The translations under genes were made by a program, and so were the position numbers. The notes below the pieces were generated by a model. The model searched no databases. It saw nothing but the letters and a program-made list of their open reading frames with translations, and was not told the origin of the DNA. A stretch of 64,000 bases of DNA, taken from the NCBI GenBank assembly GCA_044221725.1, contig JBGAON010000002.1, forward strand, positions 256,001-320,000, written 5' to 3'. The stretch comes from Elusimicrobiota bacterium. Lineage in GTDB: Bacteria > Elusimicrobiota > Elusimicrobia > F11. Below, piece after piece: positions 55,936 to 64,000 of this stretch; the first letter of the stretch is position 1; the number at the start of each line of letters is the position of its first letter.

Positions 55936-57020
55936 GAACGGACGGTCCACGTCCCAAGATTTTGTTCTTGTTTTCGAATTTCCATCAACGGGAATTTACC
56001 GGACAGGCCGGTACCGCCTGGGAATTGGCGAAACATCTGTCAAAGCGATTTGATGTTGGTTTGATTTCCAATAGCGAATTTCCGGAACCTGCCGAGGAAT
56101 CGAGTGTGCACCTTTGGGTGTTTCCGTGCCAAGGGAATCCCACCGCAAAATATCTTTTGAGATTTCCGCTAATTCTTTCTCACGTGCTATCGTGGAAGCC
56201 CCACCGCATTCATGTCCATGGTTTGCCGTTTATCGTTTTTGCGAAGGTTTTGGGTTTTTTGACCCGCACACCGGTCACATGTTCGTTCAATGAAGATATT
56301 TCACTGCGCCCGGTGCTCGTGCAACGGGCGATTGCCTGGTGCATAAACAGAACGGCAATGACGTTTGTGAGCTGCGAGTATTTTCGCAATGTTCTCATGG
56401 GCCTCGGTGTGCTGTACGAGAAAATCATTGTGGCGCCGTTTGGTTTGCGCGATGTCTTTATGGAGGCGGCGCCAGCGGAGGTGCCGCAATACGACATTGT
56501 GTATGTGGGGGACAGTCGACGCAGTCGTGGGTTTGACGTGGTTAGTCGCATGATTGAGAAAATGACGAACACCGCCTTTTTGTTGCTGTTGCGCTGGCAT
56601 TCCGCTTCGGCCGAGGCCGATTACGAACGGATCCGTCAACTTTCAAACGTGAAAATTCTTCATTTCCCTTACGAAAAGAATCTTTGGGATTTGTTGCGCA
56701 GCGCCAAGCTCGTCATTTTGCCGTTTCGCAAAACATCGGCCATTCTTCCGCCCATGACCATCGTCGAAGCCATGGCGCTGGGCAGATGCGTGATGACCAC
56801 GCGGCTTCCTGGTACCGATGAGATTTTGAGCGATAGCAACGCGGTTCGGGAGATCGAGCCCGATGATCTGGCCGGAACGGTTCAGATGGCGCGCGATTTG
56901 TTACGGGATGAGCCTGAACGCAACCGTATCGGCGCGCTCGCCGCGAAAAAAATGCGCGCGTTGTTTTCGGCGCAATACAGTCCGTTCGAAAAGTATTTCG
57001 CCGAAAACATTGGCAAATAA
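55932..57020 (+). CDS. Glycosyltransferase family 4
   Basis: IHVHG, YVGD...RGFD and PMTIVEAMALG (EX7E-like region) motifs. Confidence 0.8.
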   Translation: MRTDGPRPKILFLFSNFHQREFTGQAGTAWELAKHLSKRFDVGLISNSEFPEPAEESSVHLWVFPCQGNPTAKYLLRFPLILSHVLSWKPHRIHVHGLPFIVFAKVLGFLTRTPVTCSFNEDISLRPVLVQRAIAWCINRTAMTFVSCEYFRNVLMGLGVLYEKIIVAPFGLRDVFMEAAPAEVPQYDIVYVGDSRRSRGFDVVSRMIEKMTNTAFLLLLRWHSASAEADYERIRQLSNVKILHFPYEKNLWDLLRSAKLVILPFRKTSAILPPMTIVEAMALGRCVMTTRLPGTDEILSDSNAVREIEPDDLAGTVQMARDLLRDEPERNRIGALAAKKMRALFSAQYSPFEKYFAENIGK

Positions 57021-57023
57021 AAA

Positions 57024-58145
57024 ATGATTTTTACGTGCACGTATTCGAACGGTAACGTCGGCTTTGCTCAGGAATTGCAACGCTATTTAATTCGTAAGAA
57101 ACAGGATTTCTTGCTGCTGCTTCATCCGCTGGATCTCTCTATCGCGCGCGTATCGGTTCTCGAAGAATACAAGAACGGGCAACTCGTGCGGTCGCAGAAA
57201 AGCTGGCCGTCTCCGAACATCAATGCCGTCAATTATTTTCGTTGCGTGTGCACAACCTTTTGGAGCCTTCTTCGATTTGGTCGCCGCACTCAATTGTTCA
57301 TCGCCGTGTCGAACATTGATGCGGTGGTAGGCCTTTTTTTACGCCTACTGTTCAAGTTCAAAGTCGTTCTCGTGAGCACCGACTTCTCACCGCACCGCCG
57401 ATTCGCGAACCCCATCATGAACACGGTCTACAACGTGTGCGACCGAGTGGCTTACCGCGCGTGCAACGCGGTGTGGCACATGTATCCGGAGCGCGGCGCA
57501 CTGAAGCGATACAAGAATCGTGCGCCGAGTTACGACATTCTCGACGGAAACAATTTTCGACGCGTGAAGCGGCTGGCGTTGGCCGAGATCAATCGTTTTC
57601 GGTTGGTTTATATTGGACAAATCAACCGCGATTGCCGGCTCGATGAGGCAATCGAAGCCATTGCCGATTTGAAAAGCGATTTTCCGGAAGCCGGACTCGA
57701 TATCATTTCAAGCGGCGACCCGATGTACGAACAGCGCCTGCGGAAATTGGCGAGCGATCGCGGCGTGAGCGAACGGGTTGCGTTCCATGGGCAAATTCCG
57801 TCGCCGGATCGTTACGAACCGATTCTCGCGAAAGCTGGTATCGGGCTCTGTCTGTACGAAATCGATAAAAACGACTTCGCCTGGTACGGAACGCCGCTCA
57901 AGGTTTATTTGTACGCCGCTTGTGGGCTGCCCACCGTTTGCTCGGACACCATGGGCCCGTTCACGCGCGAATACATTGAGCGCGACGGCGTCGGCGTGCT
58001 GTCGGCGCGCGGAACGCTCAAAGCCATCCTTATGAAACTGTTTTCCGACGCCTCCGACTATGCCCGGATGCGGGAAAAAACGATCCATTGGGCCGCTGAA
58101 TTTGATTATGACGACAAGTTTGACAAATACCTTTCGCTTGTCTAA
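57024..58145 (+). CDS. Glycosyltransferase family 4-like
   Basis: LVYIGQI, VAFHG and PLKVYLYAACGLPTV motifs. Confidence 0.75.
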   Translation: MIFTCTYSNGNVGFAQELQRYLIRKKQDFLLLLHPLDLSIARVSVLEEYKNGQLVRSQKSWPSPNINAVNYFRCVCTTFWSLLRFGRRTQLFIAVSNIDAVVGLFLRLLFKFKVVLVSTDFSPHRRFANPIMNTVYNVCDRVAYRACNAVWHMYPERGALKRYKNRAPSYDILDGNNFRRVKRLALAEINRFRLVYIGQINRDCRLDEAIEAIADLKSDFPEAGLDIISSGDPMYEQRLRKLASDRGVSERVAFHGQIPSPDRYEPILAKAGIGLCLYEIDKNDFAWYGTPLKVYLYAACGLPTVCSDTMGPFTREYIERDGVGVLSARGTLKAILMKLFSDASDYARMREKTIHWAAEFDYDDKFDKYLSLV

Positions 58146-58157
58146 GTTACGACGAGA

Positions 58158-59402
58158 ATGAGCGCAAAAATTCTTATCGTAGCGGCCGGAATCGCCACCG
58201 ATCACCCCGACCTGGCGGGGGGCGATATGCGGTTCCTTGAGATCGCGCGCCACTGGATTAATCAAGGCGTTGAGGTTCACATGCTAACCCCGAAAGGCGG
58301 CGAAACGTTGTGCCAAAGCTTTGGCGTCAATGCGAAGATCCATCTGTTGCCAAAGTCCAAAGCCGATGGACGCATGCAAGCCATTGTGGACACGTTGCAA
58401 CTTCCGTTCCGCATTCCAAATTCAATTTTTTCCGTTCCTTTCGATGCGGTTTACAGTGTGAACGAACAACTTTACGACGTGATTCCGGCTCTTTTTCTGA
58501 AATGGAAGCGGGGACGTAAGATTCGGTGGGGCGTCGTGGTTCATTGGTTGCCGCCGTTTCCGCCGTGGCGTCGCCACCGTTCGACGATCATCAATTCGTG
58601 TTTGTTTTTCTTTAGCGAACGCTTGAGCGTGTGGTTGGCCAAACTTTTTGCCGACATTCTGTTACCGGTATCCCGAGCAACCGAAAAGCAGCTTCTGGAC
58701 ATCAATGTCGAGCCGGCAATGATTCAGGCGGTCGAATGCGGATTGCCATTGGGGCCGGTTCGAGAAGTCGCCGCAAAGAATTTGCCGAAGAAATACGACG
58801 CCGTGTTCATGAAGCGCGTGCAAGCGGTAAAAGGGGCGTTGGACTTGCCGGCGATTTGGAAGCACGTGATTCGTGAGAAGCCAGACGCGCGACTTTTGGT
58901 GATCGGTTACGGCGAAGATTTCGACAAGCTGAAACAGATTGTGGCCACCGAGAAGCTGGACAATAATGTCGAATTGGTCGGTGTCGTTTACGATTTGCAG
59001 AAGAAATTTCAATTGATGTGCGAATCGCGTCTTTTTGTTTTGCCGTCGTATGAGGAGAACTGGGCCATTGTGATTGGTGAGGCGATGGGGGCCGGTCTGC
59101 CGGTCATTGCGTACGGCCTCAGTGAACTTAAGATCGTTTGGCAGGACAATTTTTACGCGGTGCCCGTTGGCGACACCGAACATTTCGCCCGCGAAATCGT
59201 GCGCTTGCTCAACAGCCCCGCCGAATGCAGCGCAATCGCTGACAAGGCGCTTAAATATGTCGCTCGGCTCGATTGGTCCGTGATCGCTGAGAAGGAGTTA
59301 AAAGCGCTGTTGCCGAGTTTGCGGATCGCTCGGTCGGATGAGGAAACGTTCTCGCCGCCCGCCGAGCTTGCCACCCATGGTGATGTCCCGCGCCACAACT
59401 GA
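58158..59402 (+). CDS. Glycosyltransferase family 4
   Basis: GGD, R...KG, LVIGYG and FVLPSYEENWAIVIGEAMGAGLPVI motifs. Confidence 0.88.
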   Translation: MSAKILIVAAGIATDHPDLAGGDMRFLEIARHWINQGVEVHMLTPKGGETLCQSFGVNAKIHLLPKSKADGRMQAIVDTLQLPFRIPNSIFSVPFDAVYSVNEQLYDVIPALFLKWKRGRKIRWGVVVHWLPPFPPWRRHRSTIINSCLFFFSERLSVWLAKLFADILLPVSRATEKQLLDINVEPAMIQAVECGLPLGPVREVAAKNLPKKYDAVFMKRVQAVKGALDLPAIWKHVIREKPDARLLVIGYGEDFDKLKQIVATEKLDNNVELVGVVYDLQKKFQLMCESRLFVLPSYEENWAIVIGEAMGAGLPVIAYGLSELKIVWQDNFYAVPVGDTEHFAREIVRLLNSPAECSAIADKALKYVARLDWSVIAEKELKALLPSLRIARSDEETFSPPAELATHGDVPRHN

Positions 59403-60360
59403 CGCCGCGTTTGAGCGGCTCGTTGCCGCCACGCGACGCATTTACAGCCCAGCCAACACCGCCAGCGGTCCCGCTGAAACAGCGTCGGACATGGCTAAAG
59501 ACGCCAATTACCTAAAGAAGAACCGTGTTCTCTACCACGTGTTAAAAAAGAACGAGAAAGCGGTCTTGGCTTCGGGCAACGCGGCCCTGCAGGCGTCGTT
59601 GCACGCTGGTGATGAACATTTTTTTCGATTGAATCGCTCGCTCTCCGAACTAAACACGCTGTGCGGTCGCGATTCCTATTTCACGATTAAAACGTATCTC
59701 GGATATGAGCGTCTCACGACCGATCTCGATATCGTGGTGAAAGATCTTCGTGCCTGCGCCCGCGCGTTGGCCGACGCCGGCTGGCATTGCGGTCCGATTC
59801 AGCAGGGAACCATGGACCTTGAGAAAGATGGTGCGTTGGCCATCGGCCTGCACGAAAAAGTGGGATGGGACACCCCGCCTATTTTTGAACCGGATCTTCT
59901 GTGGAAAAATCTTCGGGAAATCCAGTTTGTGGGCGAAACTTTTTATATCCCGAGTCCCGAGGTCGATATTTTGACCATTCTCGCGCACATTCCGTTTGAA
60001 AAACTTTATTTGGATTGGGGAGAGATGTGCTACCTGTACAAAACGGCGCAGGTGGCGGATTTGGATTTTCTCATGAAGCAAGTGCGGGAACATCATTGGC
60101 GACATTCGTTTGAGATCCTGTTGTCGGTGATGAACCTTTGCCATGAAATGGCATACGGCACGCCGAGTCCGTTTGAAAAAGTCTACCCGAAAAAGGTCCA
60201 ATCAATTACGGAACTCCCGTACGAGTGTTCTTTTTGGTATGGAGGGTCCTCTCTGATCGAAATCGGCGCGTGGAAAAAGATTTTTGGTGTTGTGTTTGAC
60301 CCCGTTCGAATGAGCCATTTTTTTCGCGGGCGAGCGCAGCGCAAAAAGATTAAGGTATGA
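59377..60360 (+). CDS. Uncharacterised nucleotidyltransferase-family protein (NTP_transf_5-like)
   Basis: IKT...ERLTTDLDIVV (DxD), IGLH and PSPE...AH motifs. Start ATG 59377 or 59383. Confidence 0.6.
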   Translation: MVMSRATTDAAFERLVAATRRIYSPANTASGPAETASDMAKDANYLKKNRVLYHVLKKNEKAVLASGNAALQASLHAGDEHFFRLNRSLSELNTLCGRDSYFTIKTYLGYERLTTDLDIVVKDLRACARALADAGWHCGPIQQGTMDLEKDGALAIGLHEKVGWDTPPIFEPDLLWKNLREIQFVGETFYIPSPEVDILTILAHIPFEKLYLDWGEMCYLYKTAQVADLDFLMKQVREHHWRHSFEILLSVMNLCHEMAYGTPSPFEKVYPKKVQSITELPYECSFWYGGSSLIEIGAWKKIFGVVFDPVRMSHFFRGRAQRKKIKV

Positions 60361-60959
60361 CCGCTGCGCCAATCCCGACGCGCGGCGTGATTTGCTTCAT
60401 GGGCATGGATGGCAGCGGAAAATCCACGGTCATTAAAGCGGTGGGCGATTGGCTGGCCGATCAGGGGATTCCAACGCAGACGTATCATACGCACGACTAC
60501 AACGTGAAATCGCTAAACACCATCAACGCTTTCGGACAAGAAGCGTGGATCCGTCGATTTCCTTTTCTTTTTTTTCCGTGGCCCTTTTTGGCGCTCGTCG
60601 ATCATTTAGCGACGTTCCGAAGGAAATTTTCCAATCAACAAAAAGTCGTTCTCACCGATCGATACTTTTACGACAAGTACGTGCGCTTCCGGTTCTGGGG
60701 GATTGCTGTGCCGGGGCTTTTTTATCTGTATAAGTGGTTCATTCCCAAACCGCTTTTCATATTTTTGCTTGACGTTCCTTCGTCGATTGCGATTGAACGA
60801 AAAGGTGAATACTCAGAAGCGGATTACGACAAATTCCGTCGGGAATATTTGTTGTTTTCTCGAAAGATGAAGGCCGTGCATGTTGTGGATGCAGCGCAAC
60901 CCCTGGACTCTGTAATCGAAGTCGTAAAGAACGTCATCTCGGCAGATAAGGTGGCTTAA
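60357..60959 (+). CDS. Thymidylate kinase-like P-loop kinase
   Basis: GMDGSGKST (Walker A), TDRYFYD, PKP...LDVP and ERKGE motifs. Confidence 0.75.
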   Translation: MTAAPIPTRGVICFMGMDGSGKSTVIKAVGDWLADQGIPTQTYHTHDYNVKSLNTINAFGQEAWIRRFPFLFFPWPFLALVDHLATFRRKFSNQQKVVLTDRYFYDKYVRFRFWGIAVPGLFYLYKWFIPKPLFIFLLDVPSSIAIERKGEYSEADYDKFRREYLLFSRKMKAVHVVDAAQPLDSVIEVVKNVISADKVA

Positions 60960-61021
60960 AAATAGTCGCAGGTGCCAGCTCCGTAATTCTTACGTATTGA
61001 TTTACCGGTACTATTAAAGCA

Positions 61022-62842
61022 ATGGGAAAGAAAAGTCGTCAGAAATTAAAGACTCAAACTATTATTCTCGAAACGGTAACGACGATGAACGCCGGGTCGC
61101 CCTTGTGTTCTTCTAAGACCTTGTTGGCGGCATTTTTTTTGGTTTTCAGTATAGCTATTGTTTATTTTCCGTCATTGAAGGTTCCTTTTCTCCTTGATGA
61201 TAACGCCAAGATAGTCCGAAATCCTGATATCAAAAGCTTAGACAATATTCCTTCTAGACTTATTTATCCTTATGAACAGCCACCCACTTTTTATCGAAAC
61301 GATCCTTCACGGCCGCTCACATATTTAACACTTACACTAAATTATTATTTCAATCATTTAGATCCATATGGCTATCACGTCTTTAATATCGTTTTGCATG
61401 CCACGGTTACGCTTCTCGTCTTTCTTCTCGGGTTATTAATTTTTCCAATGATAGGTATCAGTGGGATAACCTTGCCATTTCTATCGGCTCTTTTTTTTGG
61501 AATCCACCCGATCAACGTCAACGTTGTGAGCTACATAATGGGGCGAGCCGCGAGTCTAGCAACCGTTTTTTATCTGTTCGCTGTGATTTTATTTATAAGG
61601 GCAAAATCGGGAATGAAATGGGGTATTCCTGCCTCTGCGATTTGCCTTGTTTTTGCTCTTGCTTCCAATCAGCTTGCGATTACGTTGCCAGCCATAATGT
61701 TAGTGACAGATTTTTGTTACTTCAGCGAGAGGAACGTAAAAAGACTCGCACAAAACTGGAAACAACATGCCACGTACTGGTGGCTTCTGGCAATCTACGT
61801 TGCTGTCCGCTTTGCTTACTTTGGCCGACTCGGCGATATAGAAGCGACTAGCCAAGTTCTCGATCGAACAAAATACTTTCTTACGCAATTGACCGTTCTT
61901 TGGAAATACATTGGCATGGTAATGATGCCCAGCGGGTTATCAATTGACCACGCGTTCGTTCTTTTGGAATACGTAAATGATCCGCGATTCCTTGCTGCAA
62001 TTGGACTTTTTGGAATGCTGTATTTAGGACTATTCTATGGAATCAAAACTGCTTGGCGACAAGCCACACTCATACTCTTTAGCACTTTGTGGTTTTTCAT
62101 TACGATTTCGCCAACATCCAGTATCTTTCCAACGACCACAGCGATAGCTGAGAACCGTGTTTATCTGCCGCTTGCAGGCCTCTGCCTTATTATTCCTTTC
62201 ATCATCGATGTATTTATCCGAGGTTTGATTTCGGATGCCGCCCGGGAAGTTTTGCTGATCGGAGCGTTCGGTATTTATGCGTCACTACTTGGCGGACTCA
62301 CGCTACAGCGAAATATCCTTTACCAAGATCCTATCAGCATGTGGAAAGATGTAATTGAGCGGTATCCTGACCATGTGCGCGCCTACAATAATTTAGCTGT
62401 CGAGTATTCCCACCGGAGGCAGTTCGATAAAGCTGTGGAGGCAAATGAGAAGGGCTTGGCCATCAATCCAAACGACTTAAATACGCGTAATAATTTGGCC
62501 GTACTCTATTATAAGATGAACCGCTATCAGCAAGCATTGGAACAATTTCAGAAAGTGATTACAGAGAGGCCAAATTTTGCACCGGGATATCTCAACATGG
62601 GACTGGTTTACGAACGATTAAAAAATACGAGTGCGGCCATAAATGCTTATCAAACTGCTATTCGTCTAAACCCCATGCTAGCCGAAGCTCTTAACAATTT
62701 AGGGAGTGTGTATTTTGAGTCGGGGCATACTAAAGAAGCCCTATCTATGTACGAAGCCGCACTCCGAATAGATCCCCACAATCCAGCGTTTCTCAAAAAC
62801 TACCAACGAGTTTCTTCTGGAAACCTCAATCTTAAGCACTGA
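61022..62842 (+). CDS. TMTC/DUF1736-like GT-C membrane protein with C-terminal TPR repeats
   Basis: PFLLDDNAKIVRNPDI, SRPLTYLT, GYHVFNIVLH, HP...GRA and AENRVYLP motifs. TPR units include AYNNLA, RNNLA, YLNMG and ALNNLG. Confidence 0.85.
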   Translation: MGKKSRQKLKTQTIILETVTTMNAGSPLCSSKTLLAAFFLVFSIAIVYFPSLKVPFLLDDNAKIVRNPDIKSLDNIPSRLIYPYEQPPTFYRNDPSRPLTYLTLTLNYYFNHLDPYGYHVFNIVLHATVTLLVFLLGLLIFPMIGISGITLPFLSALFFGIHPINVNVVSYIMGRAASLATVFYLFAVILFIRAKSGMKWGIPASAICLVFALASNQLAITLPAIMLVTDFCYFSERNVKRLAQNWKQHATYWWLLAIYVAVRFAYFGRLGDIEATSQVLDRTKYFLTQLTVLWKYIGMVMMPSGLSIDHAFVLLEYVNDPRFLAAIGLFGMLYLGLFYGIKTAWRQATLILFSTLWFFITISPTSSIFPTTTAIAENRVYLPLAGLCLIIPFIIDVFIRGLISDAAREVLLIGAFGIYASLLGGLTLQRNILYQDPISMWKDVIERYPDHVRAYNNLAVEYSHRRQFDKAVEANEKGLAINPNDLNTRNNLAVLYYKMNRYQQALEQFQKVITERPNFAPGYLNMGLVYERLKNTSAAINAYQTAIRLNPMLAEALNNLGSVYFESGHTKEALSMYEAALRIDPHNPAFLKNYQRVSSGNLNLKH

Positions 62843-62947
62843 CGACAGCATTTTGCCCTGTGTGCAATGCTACATCTAAAATGCTTTGCGTTTTTCCGTG
62901 CAAACAATGCAGCGAATGAATATTTTGCGATTACTGAAAATATTCAC

Positions 62948-63607
62948 ATGAAAGATCTTATGCACACGGAAAAACCATTGCCACAGCAGAGGAGTTCCGT
63001 ATCTTCTCTTTCTTTGGTTATTGTCTTCTTCCTTTTTTTATTGGGCGTCAATCAAGTCGTGCATAGCGCAATGACCGTTACAGGTCCAATCACAGCAAGC
63101 AGTGTTACTGTCTCGGGCGACGTTTCAATAAGCAGCATGACTGTGAGCAGTCTCACTGTTACTAACCTGCTCAATGTCACGGGGTCCTATAGCGGAATAT
63201 CCGGTCGTGTTGTCCAAATGAAATCCACTACGACCACAACAAGTACCCTTGTTATCCTTACCACAAATTACATGCCCGTCCTTGGTATGGCCCAATCAAT
63301 AACGCTTTCAGATGCCAATAACTACGTACGCATTTCTTTAAGTGGAACATTAGCTGTCGGTACAACTGGCTATCTGACGATATTTCGAGACTCAACAAAT
63401 CTGGGAGATCCGAATTCAGGCTTGGCGGCTACCGTAGGGCAAACTGTTTTTGGTGAAACCGTGAGTGGATCTGGAATCACGATTACTGATTCTCCTGGGG
63501 ACACAAATTCTCATACATATCAGCCTTATATCCGAGTGGATTCTGACAGTGCCCTATATCCTTATGAAACTAAAGGGTATTTGATATTGGAGGAAATCAG
63601 TCGATGA
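62948..63607 (+). CDS. Exported Ser/Thr-rich hypothetical protein
   Basis: Hydrophobic signal-like segment ending VVHSA, then SSVTV/SSMTV/SSLTV repeats and a beta-rich domain. Start could be 62867, 62948 or 62960. Confidence 0.7.
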   Translation: MKDLMHTEKPLPQQRSSVSSLSLVIVFFLFLLGVNQVVHSAMTVTGPITASSVTVSGDVSISSMTVSSLTVTNLLNVTGSYSGISGRVVQMKSTTTTTSTLVILTTNYMPVLGMAQSITLSDANNYVRISLSGTLAVGTTGYLTIFRDSTNLGDPNSGLAATVGQTVFGETVSGSGITITDSPGDTNSHTYQPYIRVDSDSALYPYETKGYLILEEISR

Positions 63608-63626
63608 AATTTTGGGAAACTGTTTA

Positions 63627-64000
63627 ATGCTCCGAAGCAAGGTAATTGGCATTGTATTTTGCGGATCTTTCGTGGGGATTTTCCCAAAAACGGTGTGCGC
63701 TATAGTTTTGAACGGTCCCATTATTGCTAGTACCGTGACGGTTGCCGGGAACGTTACGGTGAGCAGCATGACCGGGAGCACTCTGACGGTTACGACAATT
63801 GACGTGCGGGGCAAAACAGTCGGGATGCCTGGCAGAATTCTTCAGACGCAATTTAGCTCAAGTACAATAACCACCACGGTCACTAGCACAACTTTCACGG
63901 CGGTTTCAAATATTTCGCAATCCATCACTCTTTTGAACGCCAATGACTATATCCGTATTTCCTTGAGTGGAAATTTAACGGTTTTATGTGATCCCAATAC
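63627..64000 (+). CDS. Exported Ser/Thr-rich hypothetical protein, tandem paralog of the previous gene (partial, runs off the window)
   Basis: Not in the ORF track. Manual translation MLRSKVIGIVFCGSFVGIFPKTVCAIVLNGPIIASTVTVAGNVTVSSMT...GRILQ...QSITLLNANDYIRISLSG aligns by eye with GPITASSVTVSGDVSISSMT...GRVVQ...QSITLSDANNYVRISLSG. Confidence 0.8.
   Translation, partial: MLRSKVIGIVFCGSFVGIFPKTVCAIVLNGPIIASTVTVAGNVTVSSMTGSTLTVTTIDVRGKTVGMPGRILQTQFSSSTITTTVTSTTFTAVSNISQSITLLNANDYIRISLSGNLTVLCDPN

Noticed and set aside
2585..60201. Many long minus-strand ORFs (e.g. 3927-4814, 5849-6907, 12251-13192, 22450-23334, 29378-30193, 32153-33013, 37214-38224)
   Set aside because: They lie antisense to clearly recognisable + strand genes, carry no protein motifs, and are typical shadow ORFs.
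1..64000. rRNA, tRNA, CRISPR arrays, IS elements, integrases or defence systems
   Set aside because: None recognised. The window is almost fully protein-coding, with no repeat-spacer arrays or transposase motifs visible.

Overview
This window is almost entirely one very large bacterial surface-glycan (glycosylation) locus. Two genes (a GT-C-type membrane glycosyltransferase and a truncated GT2) run leftward from a divergent intergenic region at about 1576-1669. About 52 tightly coupled genes then run rightward to about 60960, followed by an AT-richer block. That block holds a TMTC-like TPR glycosyltransferase and two tandem paralogous Ser/Thr-rich exported proteins. The locus encodes nucleotide-sugar pathways: CDP-3,6-dideoxyhexose (rfbF, rfbG, an RmlD-like/RfbH fusion), UDP-GlcA/UDP-xylose, and a probable 3-amino-3-C-methyl sugar. 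It also has a split transketolase, SIS isomerase, kinase-nucleotidyltransferase and HAD set suggesting a higher-carbon or C-branched sugar. Tailoring enzymes include two cobalamin-type radical SAM proteins, five methyltransferases or methyltransferase domains, and an MBOAT+SGNH pair. Transfer and export genes include a Wzx flippase, GT2/GT4 enzymes and six GT-C-like polytopic membrane proteins, alongside six polyprenol-phosphate-type GT2s. The most unusual items are a GT-C-like protein fused to a pilin/GspG-like head domain, an apparent ACG start codon, an antibiotic-type (TcaB9/EvaC-like) sugar C-methyltransferase beside an aminotransferase, and a TMTC-like enzyme next to candidate substrates. 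I recognised no RNA genes, CRISPR arrays or mobile elements. All family calls come from motif recognition by eye, with no database searches.
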